Positions 53,932 to 64,000 of a stretch of 64,000 bases of DNA are shown one piece after another. A program made the position numbers and the translations under genes. How positions within the stretch are numbered: the stretch's first letter is position 1; each line of letters begins with the position of its first letter. The stretch spans positions 32,001-96,000 of IMG/VR virus record IMGVR_UViG_3300005098_000017; one strand, 5' to 3'. The DNA comes from a virus. The notes under the pieces are model-generated. The model was given only the letters and a program-made list of their open reading frames with translations. It searched no databases and was not told the origin of the DNA.

Positions 53932-56388
53932 ATGGAAGGGAAAAGGTTATCATTAAAAGAGCTGAGTGCTGATGAACTTTTGCGCATACGCAAATCCGCT
54001 TCTTACTTTGTTGAATTATTCCTGCGTGATCCAACCGATCCGCGCCGGCCTCTAAAACTCTACGATTACCAGCGTGAGGTTTTGGATTATCCCGGTAAGA
54101 AGGTTGTTATAAGAGGCGGCCGTGGTGTCAGCAAAACAACAATGATGGCATGGAAGGCATTACACCGTGCCTTCACAATACCAAGGCATGTTATTATTTA
54201 TTTAGCACAATCGGAGACGATGCTGCTCAGATTTTTTACTGATTACCTTGACCGCTTCATTACAGATTCACCTCTAAGTAAATCGAAGGTTGCCTACCGC
54301 AAGCAGCCTCAGTATGAGATTGTATTGAGTAATGAGTCAAAAATTTTGGGGTTTGTTGGTAATTCTACGCAGACAATCAGAGGCCCGCGGGCTGGTACCA
54401 TTCTTATTGATGAATGTTTTCACGGTATGACGAAGGTCTTAACACAGCGCGGGCTTATTCCCATCAGTCGTGTTAGGGATGGTGATTATGTTCTTGATGC
54501 TGATAGCAAATGGGTGCGTGTTATCCGCGCTGCGATGACGGGTGTTAAAGAAATGTGGGTTATTGAGCTACCTATATCAGATGAAAAATTGGTTGTTACA
54601 CCTGATCACCCTGTTTTAACAAAGGATTCAGGGTTTCAGCCTCTTAATACGGTTGATGAGATACCGATTAGCTGTCGTTATTATGAGCCTTTTGAGTATC
54701 CTAAGGAAGCGGCGCTGGCGCTTATTTATGCACGATATATAAGCGAGCGTGAATCACTTGTATTTAATAATGAAGGTGTGCGGCTTATTATGTCTGGTTA
54801 TCCCAGATTCCGCACATTTTATGAGCGTTTCACGGCGGGCAGACATATTAATCCTGTGCTTATTGAGAAGGATTTTATAGACGGAAAAATTGATCAGCGT
54901 CTTTTTGTATATTATCTAGCTGCATTTGTTAATAGATTTCCTAAGATTGTCATCGATTATCTGACGGGGTTGGGTTATAAGGTTATAGCGGGTTCGCTGG
55001 CTAGTGATGATGTACCTAGATATGAAAAGGAGATAGGTTTTCCATTTTTTGAGTCAGGATGGTCAACGATTGTAAAATTAGCTGATAAGTTGAACCGTGA
55101 TCCTGTTGAGTTATATAAGGAGATGAATTGGTACAATACAGGCATATTTGTTCCTTATAAGAAGAAATCTACCATTAAGGCGGCGGCTTATAACCTTACT
55201 ACCGAATCGGGGACTTATTGTGTCTTTATTGGTGGATTCCGCATTCCTGTTCACAATTGTGATTATATACCTGAGCGTAAGTTTGTAGAGGTATTTGGTA
55301 CAACAATGTCAATGGAGGATGTTGTTATATGGTTATCATCCACACCCAGTCCTAAGAGAGGTTACTTTTGGCGTGCATGTAATGATGAACGCATGGGATT
55401 CAAGGAGTTTCATTTACCAAGTTGGTTGCATCCGACATGGACGTGGATGAAGGATGCTGAGAGATTGGGCATACCTATCGAAGAGACAACAGAGTATCAA
55501 ACTCGTGTTGAGTTTCCTAATCAAGCTGACTGGTTGCGTGAAATAGCCGCTGAGTTTGTTGATCTTGAGGAGAGCGCTATACCATCAAAATATATAGATG
55601 AAGCATTCCAGCATTATGACGGTGAGGTGAGCAGGAAGCGCGGCTTCCGCATCCTTGGTATCGATTGGAATGCGATGGCAGCAGGGGTTGTTATGGTGTT
55701 AGTAGAATACGATAATAAAAATAATGTATTTAGGGTTATCCATTCAGAAACGATTTCTAATGTTGAATATCATCACCAGAAGGCATTGCAACGTATTGTT
55801 GAGATGGTTAAACAATATCGCATTGATGCTATTGCAGCTGATTGGGGTTATGGAGAAAGTGATATACAGCAGCTCCAGCTTATTGGTAGAGCTAAAGGGA
55901 TTCGCGCGCTTACTGACATTATGGCCGTAAAGTTTAATGAGAAGATAAAAATACCGCTTTTCTCTGGTGGTTATGATGAATGTTATGCTAAGGAATACCT
56001 TATGCGGTTGGTCAGGAAGTTATTTGAGATGGGTGCTATCATGCTGCCTCCATCGGAGGATGAAAGGTTGCCTGAAAATTACGCTGATGCTACGAATATG
56101 TTGGGATACCAGTTGCGTAATTTGCGTGCTAAGGTAACAGGGACTGGTCACCTTACCTATGTTGTTGAACCAGACCATAAATTTGCTGCATTTTTAGCTG
56201 CTGTCTATGGGTTTTATAGAACATTCCAACCACGTATAGACCCGGTGCAGGGGCTTATTATTTATAATGATTTAGAACGGCAAGAACAGAAGTTGGATCA
56301 TGTTCCTAGTATAACATTACAGCCGAAGAAGACACAGCGGTTTGTCCATAGAGTTACAAATAGGTATAAGCCAATAAGAACTGTATGA
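53932..56388 (+). CDS. terL: terminase large subunit with intein (start revised to MEGKRL)
   Basis: LYDYQ, GRGVSKT, IRG, ILIDE, SSTP, GIDWN, ADWGYG. Confidence 0.93.
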   Translation: MEGKRLSLKELSADELLRIRKSASYFVELFLRDPTDPRRPLKLYDYQREVLDYPGKKVVIRGGRGVSKTTMMAWKALHRAFTIPRHVIIYLAQSETMLLRFFTDYLDRFITDSPLSKSKVAYRKQPQYEIVLSNESKILGFVGNSTQTIRGPRAGTILIDECFHGMTKVLTQRGLIPISRVRDGDYVLDADSKWVRVIRAAMTGVKEMWVIELPISDEKLVVTPDHPVLTKDSGFQPLNTVDEIPISCRYYEPFEYPKEAALALIYARYISERESLVFNNEGVRLIMSGYPRFRTFYERFTAGRHINPVLIEKDFIDGKIDQRLFVYYLAAFVNRFPKIVIDYLTGLGYKVIAGSLASDDVPRYEKEIGFPFFESGWSTIVKLADKLNRDPVELYKEMNWYNTGIFVPYKKKSTIKAAAYNLTTESGTYCVFIGGFRIPVHNCDYIPERKFVEVFGTTMSMEDVVIWLSSTPSPKRGYFWRACNDERMGFKEFHLPSWLHPTWTWMKDAERLGIPIEETTEYQTRVEFPNQADWLREIAAEFVDLEESAIPSKYIDEAFQHYDGEVSRKRGFRILGIDWNAMAAGVVMVLVEYDNKNNVFRVIHSETISNVEYHHQKALQRIVEMVKQYRIDAIAADWGYGESDIQQLQLIGRAKGIRALTDIMAVKFNEKIKIPLFSGGYDECYAKEYLMRLVRKLFEMGAIMLPPSEDERLPENYADATNMLGYQLRNLRAKVTGTGHLTYVVEPDHKFAAFLAAVYGFYRTFQPRIDPVQGLIIYNDLERQEQKLDHVPSITLQPKKTQRFVHRVTNRYKPIRTV
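54415..55257 (+). mobile_element. intein (281 aa) inserted after the terminase Walker B motif
   Basis: IDE|CFHGMTKV...TPDHPV...AYNL...VHN|CDY. Confidence 0.9.
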
Positions 56389-57776
56389 AAATATATGTAA
56401 GTAACATAAGTGAGGATGATGTTATATCTTATGAGGGGCGGCGCAACCGTGTGCTTGTAGTTTATGAAGGTGGCCGCAAGGATGTTGTCTATGCTGAGTG
56501 TGGTAATGGATTCATTGATGTTGATACTGATAGGCGTGATATAAAGAAGATCAAGGGTGTGTTAAAGGGCGGGCGCTTAATTGACATTGATGTCCATGCA
56601 GACATGTTTGATTTTATACCTGATGTTGTAGAAAAACCCACCAGAGAGCGCAGACCTGCTGAACCCTTAAGGGTTGAGACACCAGAAACGCTGACGCCCG
56701 AGAAGGAGGAAGAACTAAAATTAGAAATGTTGGGGATTCTTACCAGCATTATCACTGGTTTACAGTATGCGCATAATTTGAAGACGTTAAATGAGGTTGA
56801 AAAAGTATTGGATGAGAAGCTTGCCAATTTATGCGTTAAATTTGACCCATCAGAGCGTCCTATGCTAGTTAAATCGTTGGCTTTTGTTCGCGGGTGTAAG
56901 GAAAATCAGGTTGGTAATTGCGCTTATGTTGAGGATTTTAATAGAGCAATGAATATTATTAATGCCGCGCCTATATTATTAACAGGTACGAACCCTTTAT
57001 TAATACCTGCTAGTGAAAAGGTTCCTCGTTATAAACTACCGGCGGGGCTTCCTCCGAACATCATAGCACGTAAGGATTTTTATAGGCAGTTAACAGTTGA
57101 CAGAGATGTATCGACGAGTGCTATTGAGGATTTAAGGAGCGTTCAGCTTATTGATGTATGGCGTATTATGATCCTTAAGGCTAGTATTGAGTTTTTGAAA
57201 TTATTGCGTAGCATATTTAGTGTTCTAAGCAAGGTACCGGGGTTAAAAGCGATTCCTCGTACGCTTGATCGATGGATTGAGGATTTAGGTAAACAGTTAT
57301 CGCATTATGTGGATCCTCAAGGTAATGTGTATGTAGGTAATGAAGGATATACCCCGCCATTATCTGTAATACTGGATGAAGAAACTGATTATAGTGATGA
57401 GGATATAGACGATGCAGTAAGTGAATATGAACAATTTAAGGGTGAGCTTAACAAGGGTGTTGCGGGTATAGGTGGTGTTGAATCTTCTAATGCCTTAACA
57501 TATGCTAATACCATTATTAAATTTTTTGCAGCTGAGTTCCCCAAGCAGTATCCTGATAAGATGCATTTGTTAACAGCAAAGTATTATTTACCGCAAGCCA
57601 AGGATAAGGTTATGGCGGCAATTGGTACTGATTGGATGCACTTATGTACCCCTGAGAGGAAGGCTATAATGCGTGAGATTGAAGCGGATCCGCGGCTTAA
57701 CTTTTACTGGGGTACTCTTATTAACCGTTTGGAATCCGAGGAAGGTGTTCATTGGGTGATGGGAGAGAATGGCTAA
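56385..57776 (+). CDS. hypothetical structural-region protein
   Basis: long ORF between terL and portal. Confidence 0.75.
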   Translation: MKIYVSNISEDDVISYEGRRNRVLVVYEGGRKDVVYAECGNGFIDVDTDRRDIKKIKGVLKGGRLIDIDVHADMFDFIPDVVEKPTRERRPAEPLRVETPETLTPEKEEELKLEMLGILTSIITGLQYAHNLKTLNEVEKVLDEKLANLCVKFDPSERPMLVKSLAFVRGCKENQVGNCAYVEDFNRAMNIINAAPILLTGTNPLLIPASEKVPRYKLPAGLPPNIIARKDFYRQLTVDRDVSTSAIEDLRSVQLIDVWRIMILKASIEFLKLLRSIFSVLSKVPGLKAIPRTLDRWIEDLGKQLSHYVDPQGNVYVGNEGYTPPLSVILDEETDYSDEDIDDAVSEYEQFKGELNKGVAGIGGVESSNALTYANTIIKFFAAEFPKQYPDKMHLLTAKYYLPQAKDKVMAAIGTDWMHLCTPERKAIMREIEADPRLNFYWGTLINRLESEEGVHWVMGENG

Positions 57777-59622
57777 ACTTAGTGAAATATTAGCGGATGT
57801 TGAGGGCTATGTTTCGTCTCATTACCCTGAATACATGAATTTTATAAATGATAGATCTGTTGAATATGCTAGGGTATCTGAGTCTGAAAGAGATCGTTGG
57901 TGGAATTTTTGGTATAGTGCGATACGTTCATCTACTGAGTATGTATGCGAGAGTATTTGGCGGGATGCTGAAAATGATGTAGGGTTAACGTATGTTATTT
58001 TTGTACGGGATGTTGTTGTAGATTTATTAGAGGAACGATTTAGGGGTAATGATGTGTATATAAACTCGATAATAACCGATATAGCTGGTGAATCATCATA
58101 TATTTATGCTGTGAGGGAGGGTACGGCTGGTGAAGATGAGCGTGGTAGCGAGGATGAGGCAGAAGAAGGTGATATACAATCTAAGATTTTAAATCTGATT
58201 GAGTCAGTAGATTGGCGGGCGCTTAGCGTTGCTTATGAAGAGGATAAAGGATTTCATCTACGTGCGTTGGGTACTTATCATCTTGAGATGTTATCCCGTC
58301 CTGATACATTTATAAATCAAGTGTGGAAAGAATACCGTTCATGGGCAAGAGAGAATGGTTTATCACTAGATGTTACGCATACCAATATTAGGGCATTTTT
58401 GGCGGCTAGGTGGGGGCTTCATTATCCAACAGATGCAGATGTAAAGGTTGATGAAGGGCGTATGGTTACGGTTACGGTTGCCCGTCCCGGTGAACCTTTT
58501 GCAATAGGTCTTGGGTTTGATGATTCATGGAATATTATAAAGGAGGATATGCAGCACATATGGAATTCGTTTGTTAGACGTTATGATGTCCTCAAATCAT
58601 TTGATTGGAAAACCTATTTTATGAAGCAAGTGCAGGATATCGTTGATCATTTTGTTCATATAATTGATGTTGATCCTATTTATATGGCATGTTGTCTTTT
58701 GGATACGGGTTTAACATTGGAGAGATATCTGAATCCAAGGCTTCTAGGAGCTATAGGACGTATTCTTGAGATCTTGACATACTCGCCTTATATAGGATTG
58801 TCATTTGGGTTTGATTTCATGAAGGCAATAAATGCTACATTAAGTTTCATGATACGATCCGGTTGGATAATATTTTTGAAATTTACTGTTTTTAATGCTG
58901 TTTCCAGCATTTGGTATAAGATTGATAGATTTTTGTATGAGTTGGGGACTTGTATTACAGGGCCGGGCATAAATAGGGATTGGTGTAAGGGTTGGATGGC
59001 TTTTTTGAGGTGTGTCCCGCTTATGGATTTTTTGTATTTCCTATATAATAAGCTTACAGGTATAAAGAATAGTATACTAGCATTTTATTTTAACTTATTA
59101 GATGATTTGAAATTTCGGGAATGGCATTTTTTGGAACATTTAAGGGGTATAACACGCAATGCTATTAATATTAACATAATTAATAATTGGCGTACTTATT
59201 TTAATAAATTATTAACAATAGCTGATGCATTAGCATTGTGTATATCATCAGCTGATGTGCAGGATTACAAGGGTCGGTTCAGACAATATAGAGAGCCTAT
59301 TATACCACCGCCGGGTGGTATACCGGAGGATGAAGAGCATATCCATACGTCGGGACGTATACCTAGTGAGCACCATGATGTTGCCAGACAGAGGAGTCGG
59401 CGTTCATCATTTTATTATAGTCCTGTTGGTATAAGCGCTGATGATATGGTAAATATGCCTGTAGACAGCGTTATTGCTACAGTTGTACCAAATGAATTGT
59501 ATAGAAGACTTGTGGAATGGTATAATTTTGTGCAAGAACACGTTCATACAGAAAGTAAGGATGAATGTGATCGCCGGTTGATAACCGGCTTGTTTAAGCT
59601 AATGGAGGACTTGTATGAATAG
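57769..59622 (+). CDS. hypothetical structural-region protein
   Basis: long ORF between terL and portal. Confidence 0.75.
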   Translation: MAKLSEILADVEGYVSSHYPEYMNFINDRSVEYARVSESERDRWWNFWYSAIRSSTEYVCESIWRDAENDVGLTYVIFVRDVVVDLLEERFRGNDVYINSIITDIAGESSYIYAVREGTAGEDERGSEDEAEEGDIQSKILNLIESVDWRALSVAYEEDKGFHLRALGTYHLEMLSRPDTFINQVWKEYRSWARENGLSLDVTHTNIRAFLAARWGLHYPTDADVKVDEGRMVTVTVARPGEPFAIGLGFDDSWNIIKEDMQHIWNSFVRRYDVLKSFDWKTYFMKQVQDIVDHFVHIIDVDPIYMACCLLDTGLTLERYLNPRLLGAIGRILEILTYSPYIGLSFGFDFMKAINATLSFMIRSGWIIFLKFTVFNAVSSIWYKIDRFLYELGTCITGPGINRDWCKGWMAFLRCVPLMDFLYFLYNKLTGIKNSILAFYFNLLDDLKFREWHFLEHLRGITRNAININIINNWRTYFNKLLTIADALALCISSADVQDYKGRFRQYREPIIPPPGGIPEDEEHIHTSGRIPSEHHDVARQRSRRSSFYYSPVGISADDMVNMPVDSVIATVVPNELYRRLVEWYNFVQEHVHTESKDECDRRLITGLFKLMEDLYE

Positions 59623-62035
59623 ATTGCTTAAGCAGTTATTGCAGCGTCTTGCAGGTAGGGACTTGAATGCGGAAGCGTTATCTAGTATCACTGCTGAGCT
59701 GCCTCGTGCGGCAGTACATACGGTTAAGTATATGGATCCAAACAGAAGTATTATTTATGACGAACCGCCGCGGCCTCGCAATGCTGTTATGATCCATCCG
59801 CATTTTGATATGCACCAGTTAGCACAAATCTATGATTCTGTAGCGGGCGACCGGCCTATAATAGTTAAATTCAGAGATGATATAACTATAACAACACATG
59901 CTTTTTTATTTTCATGGATGGGTAGCCTGTTTGGTATAAGGAATGAACATCCATATGAGGTTGTTTATCCTGATGATCTGGAAACAATCGTACCTGTATC
60001 AAGTGATGGGTTTGTGTTTACAGGGACCTTTAGGCCTGTAAAAAAGCTTATCCGTCATGCTGTTGATAAGGATTTGGTTATGTTCCGTAGCACATTAGGT
60101 GAAACGGTGGTAACAAAAGATCATTCTTTAGTATTTATAGATGGAAGCACTGGCACTGTAGATGATGTTGAAAAGAAGGTGCCTGGTATTATTGCATATG
60201 TAAAGGATGTATCATTTTCTAAGGCGATAACATATAAACATTCGACGAGCACGTTTTTGGGATTCGCACGCAATAGAGTTGTTGTACATGCACCATCTCT
60301 AGCTGAATTTGTGAAATTCATGATTGTATTATTTGAGCATGGTGATTATGGTGTTTTTAATGATCAGTTAGGGTGGCGGCTTCCCGTCTGCCCATTTTTA
60401 ATAAGGTTAATTGATGATAATAATTATCAGGTTACATATGATGACGAGTATGTTTTTGTACCGAATGATAGTGCATTAGGAGAGGTTCTTTCCTACTTGT
60501 TACCATATGGGTTGGATGCATTGCCAAAGTGGTTCTTTGATGAAAAGTTTATTAATATTGCTATATCAGTCTTTTATAATGAATGGGAAGGGTATTTAAG
60601 GAGTCATATACCATTAATTGCATCGTATATATCATTTTTATTAAGGCATAAAGGTGTACAATTTGCGTTAAATTATGATGAGAACGGTTATAAATTCATG
60701 GATATACGCAATTTTGAGATTCCTATTATTTATTCGGATATACAGGTGTTGCCATATATGAGTGATGATCCATATGTTTATGATATATCAGTTGAGGGTG
60801 AGGTTTTTGTAGATCCTGTTGGATTTTTGACATTACATAATACAGAGGCCATTGTCCGCCGCGGGATTGAGGAATATGTTATTCGTATTCCATGGCATGA
60901 GGTTGAGGTTATTAGTGATAGCATAAAGGCTAAAAATCACTTATTGCGGCGGCTTCAAATTATGAGGCGCCGCTTCAACTGTGACCTATTAGGTGAATTT
61001 TCGCAGTCATTTATAAGACAATTATTATTATTTGGTAATGTTTTTATCAGAATTGTATATTCACGTGAAACCTATGAAGGCCGCAAGCTGCCACTCTATC
61101 CTGAATTGCTCTATCCACCTGATGTAGCTATAATGTATGATATAAAGAGAGATAAGATTATTGGGTATACATATGATCGTTATGTATTTAAACCTGAACG
61201 CATTATTCATGTGACCTTAGCAAAGTTTCCCGGGTATTTTTATGGAAATTCTATCCTATCTGCAACTGTGGAGGATGTTAAGGTTCTCAGGTTATTGGAA
61301 CAGCAAGCAGAGATTATGTCTGTTTTATATTCGTCACCACAGATATTTTTGAAGGTTGGTACGCCAACGATACCAGCTGGGCGGCCTCCTAATGATCTTT
61401 TAGATAGACCGATGATGATTGATGCATTAACAGAGGAGGATTTAGCGCGTGAAGGGCGCCGGCTTGAAGGTTCGGAGCCTCATTCACTAAAAATTATTCC
61501 ATATTATGATGAACCTGTGGCTATATCACCGGAGGCACCGATTGATTTGGAACCGTTCTTGAAGCATTTTAAGAATCGTGTCTATCAAGCGCTTGGGATC
61601 GATCCTGTTATATTGGGTGATCCCCAGGGGTCAAATAGAGATACATCTGTTATTGGTGAGTCAGCAACGAATAAACGCATTGAATATATAGCACGTCTTT
61701 GGCAGAGACATATTAATTTCATTATAAATGATATATTTATGAGTGAGGTGCCTTATACAGAGCCTGTTTATGTGCATTTACCGAAGATTGATACAACAGA
61801 TTACATGGCACGCATAAGATTAGGGCTGAACTTGTATCAAAATGGTATAATTACCAATGACGAAATGCGTCGTTTGTATCTTGGTTATGATCCATTAAGT
61901 GATGATGGACTTGCGAGGACCATTTTTGGTTTAACGGGGCGCTTAGTAATTAACACAAATGAAATTGAGTCTCAGTTAAGCCCCGAGAATCAATATGGGA
62001 GGCAGATGGCGCCTCCTAAGGTGAAGAGGAGGTGA
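59615..62035 (+). CDS. portal protein with intein
   Basis: LLLFGNVFI, FKPERIIHV, YGNS, ALGIDPVILG, NGIITNDEMR..LGYDP. Confidence 0.85.
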   Translation: MNRLLKQLLQRLAGRDLNAEALSSITAELPRAAVHTVKYMDPNRSIIYDEPPRPRNAVMIHPHFDMHQLAQIYDSVAGDRPIIVKFRDDITITTHAFLFSWMGSLFGIRNEHPYEVVYPDDLETIVPVSSDGFVFTGTFRPVKKLIRHAVDKDLVMFRSTLGETVVTKDHSLVFIDGSTGTVDDVEKKVPGIIAYVKDVSFSKAITYKHSTSTFLGFARNRVVVHAPSLAEFVKFMIVLFEHGDYGVFNDQLGWRLPVCPFLIRLIDDNNYQVTYDDEYVFVPNDSALGEVLSYLLPYGLDALPKWFFDEKFINIAISVFYNEWEGYLRSHIPLIASYISFLLRHKGVQFALNYDENGYKFMDIRNFEIPIIYSDIQVLPYMSDDPYVYDISVEGEVFVDPVGFLTLHNTEAIVRRGIEEYVIRIPWHEVEVISDSIKAKNHLLRRLQIMRRRFNCDLLGEFSQSFIRQLLLFGNVFIRIVYSRETYEGRKLPLYPELLYPPDVAIMYDIKRDKIIGYTYDRYVFKPERIIHVTLAKFPGYFYGNSILSATVEDVKVLRLLEQQAEIMSVLYSSPQIFLKVGTPTIPAGRPPNDLLDRPMMIDALTEEDLAREGRRLEGSEPHSLKIIPYYDEPVAISPEAPIDLEPFLKHFKNRVYQALGIDPVILGDPQGSNRDTSVIGESATNKRIEYIARLWQRHINFIINDIFMSEVPYTEPVYVHLPKIDTTDYMARIRLGLNLYQNGIITNDEMRRLYLGYDPLSDDGLARTIFGLTGRLVINTNEIESQLSPENQYGRQMAPPKVKRR
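59837..60841 (+). mobile_element. intein (335 aa) in portal
   Basis: YD|SVAGDRPIIV...TKDHSL...VYDISVE...LHN|TE. Confidence 0.85.
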
Positions 62036-62036
62036 T

Positions 62037-63383
62037 ATGGCTATAAAATATAGGGATGAAGATGGTAATCTTATTATAGAGGGTGTTGAAATATCACATC
62101 CCAATGTAGTTAATGATAATTTTAGGTTCTATGTTAATGCAGCTGAAAAAATAAATACTCTTTTGGAGCCGGCTCCTGTGCCAGTGCTTTTATATCATCA
62201 GGATCATGTAGATCCGATAGGAGAGGTGAAGGATGCTAAGTTTACTGACTCGGAGTATGTTGAGGGTGCAAAAGCTATTAGTGCTACGCTTGTAATAAAG
62301 GATGAGGAGGCGGCTAAAAAGTTTGAAAAAGGTTTATATAAGAGGTTTTCTATTGGGACAAAACCGAAGAAGGTTGTCTGCAGCATATGTGGCAAGGAGC
62401 GTGGTGAATGTGAACATATAGTAGGCAAAATTTATGATGGCAAGCTTTGTTATGATAAGGTTTTCGTTGATAGGTTTCTGGAGGTATCTGTTGTTAATAT
62501 TGCAGCTGATAAATTTGCTGTATTACATGAGAAGGATGATTTGAAAGATGCCCTTTTTGACGAAATAAATTTAGAATTAGACACGGAGGAAGATATGGCA
62601 GATAAGGACAAAACGATTGATACAGATTTCGTTGAATATGCTGAGAGTATTTTAGGGGAGGATCTTAGTGAGGAGGAATTGAATGATCTTGAAACGATTA
62701 TAGCGGGGCTTGATGAATGTGATGAGTGTGGTGATGAGGATGTTGAAGATAGCGAGACAGAGGATAGGAAGCTTCCTCCTGCGGGATCAAAAGCACGTAA
62801 GAAAATGAAGACCACATTCTGCGGTCCTAATAAGACATTTCCTGTTCCTGATTGTAAACATGGTGCTGTCGCGTTGGCGATGCTTAATTGGCCGCGTGTC
62901 AAAGCAAAGTATAAAGGCCAGATTTCGAAGATACGCGCTTGCATAATGAGAGTTGGCCGCAAGCTTGGCTGCGCATATGCGAAGAAGAAAAAGGATGAGC
63001 TTCAGGCAGCTCTTGATGATCTCAAGCAGATTGTTGATTCTATGAACCAGGCGCCGGCTTCACTCGATATAGATTTCACCCCCATTAATGAGCGTTTTGA
63101 CCGTATTGAGGAAACGCTGGCTGAATTGGTGGCACTTATGAAGGATCTTATAAAAGGTATAACGGATAAGATGACAGTACCTGTGCCTGTTAAGGAATAT
63201 GCTGCTGGTGGCAAGCTTCTTGATGAGATTAAGGCGTCGCTTAGTGAAGCCGTGAAGGAAAACACTGATAAAATATTGGAGTTTTTATCCAAAGCTACAT
63301 CGGAAACCGATGATACGAAGACCGATGATGAGGTACCTAATAAGGTACTCGATGGAAGTGTGTTTGGGAAAATAAAATCGTAA
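62037..63383 (+). CDS. prohead protease with scaffold-like C-terminus
   Basis: PVLLYHQD..PIG, FSIG, CSICG..CEH, EVSVV..AD; acidic coiled-coil tail. Confidence 0.8.
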   Translation: MAIKYRDEDGNLIIEGVEISHPNVVNDNFRFYVNAAEKINTLLEPAPVPVLLYHQDHVDPIGEVKDAKFTDSEYVEGAKAISATLVIKDEEAAKKFEKGLYKRFSIGTKPKKVVCSICGKERGECEHIVGKIYDGKLCYDKVFVDRFLEVSVVNIAADKFAVLHEKDDLKDALFDEINLELDTEEDMADKDKTIDTDFVEYAESILGEDLSEEELNDLETIIAGLDECDECGDEDVEDSETEDRKLPPAGSKARKKMKTTFCGPNKTFPVPDCKHGAVALAMLNWPRVKAKYKGQISKIRACIMRVGRKLGCAYAKKKKDELQAALDDLKQIVDSMNQAPASLDIDFTPINERFDRIEETLAELVALMKDLIKGITDKMTVPVPVKEYAAGGKLLDEIKASLSEAVKENTDKILEFLSKATSETDDTKTDDEVPNKVLDGSVFGKIKS

Positions 63384-63409
63384 ACTAAGTAATATTATAG
63401 GAGGAAATT

Positions 63410-64000
63410 ATGGCAACACTTAGGCCTGAAGGTTATTACCGTAATATGGCGCTTCGTGACATTCCGTGGAAGCATAAGCGGAATGTCGTTCCTTCAATAG
63501 GTGTTATAGCGGATATAAGAGCGGTTGGTCCGTTTGCACCACATCCTGCCCTGCCAACAGCGTGGATTAATAAGGTTGATGAGAGACCATTTGTCATACC
63601 TGTTGGTAAGATTGTATGTGTGGTGCCTATAGATTATTCAACAGCGAAGACACTTGGCAGAACAGATCTTTATACAGAGATGATATATCGTTCTGGGGAG
63701 AAATCTACTTATAAATGGACGATACCTGAATCGGAGCTGGGTTCAACCACATATGCTGATCCCTATTATGGTTATGGTGGAATACTGGGATTTATGATAC
63801 CTTTTGGTAGAGGTACCGGAGGTGCTCATTATAGTCTTACGCCTGGTTATAAAATATCTGGAGAGGATGCTATGCCTTATTTTGTTGAAGGTGAATATGA
63901 CTATGAAGGTTGGGTCCCATTTGGATTTGTAATACATGATGTGGAGAGGTTTGTTGCAGGGGATGATCTCAACTATAGGACGCGCCAAGCATATCCCATA
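63410..64000 (+). CDS. partial head-region structural protein (runs off the window)
   Basis: AGGAGG RBS, MATLRPEGYY..., follows the protease gene. Confidence 0.7.
   Translation, partial: MATLRPEGYYRNMALRDIPWKHKRNVVPSIGVIADIRAVGPFAPHPALPTAWINKVDERPFVIPVGKIVCVVPIDYSTAKTLGRTDLYTEMIYRSGEKSTYKWTIPESELGSTTYADPYYGYGGILGFMIPFGRGTGGAHYSLTPGYKISGEDAMPYFVEGEYDYEGWVPFGFVIHDVERFVAGDDLNYRTRQAYPI

Noticed and set aside
791-63988. Most short ORFs opposite well-supported genes in the ORF track
   Set aside because: No RBS, atypical composition and full overlap with better calls
1-64000. tRNA or rRNA genes; genome-wide stop-codon recoding
   Set aside because: No cloverleaf with a T-loop or rRNA-like tract seen by eye; TAG, TGA and TAA all end well-supported genes

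Overview
This 64-kb window is part of a large tailed dsDNA phage genome. The host is probably a diderm, Shine-Dalgarno-using bacterium; an OMP-like gene and T9SS-CTD-like tails hint at the FCB group (inference). Layout: 0-8.6 kb, small minus-strand early genes; ~8.7 kb, tandem repeats at a strand-skew switch; 8.9-24.7 kb, a distinct minus-strand block; 26.5-46 kb, TnpB, PhoH, HNH, ThyX, a two-domain glycosyltransferase, an M15 endolysin, RNase HII, RuvC, RecA and class II RNR; 46.3-64 kb, a plus-strand morphogenesis operon with three GroES-like genes, intein-containing terminase and portal, and a prohead protease. The standout is the 8.9-24.7 kb block. It encodes a single-subunit two-barrel polymerase with eukaryotic RdRP/YonO-type motifs. 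It also holds five covarying HDV/CPEB3-like ribozyme folds, nine 5'-UTR H-type pseudoknots, ORF-closing inverted repeats and ten or more copies of a candidate phage promoter, GTCAAT-N4-YGG. Together these form repeated 'stem-pseudoknot-ORF-stem-hairpin-ribozyme' cassettes, near a LigD-phosphoesterase/ligase fusion and an RNase HI. A GC-rich motif, GAAGC(S)n, is heavily over-represented across the window. All calls come from reading motifs by eye; no searches were run.
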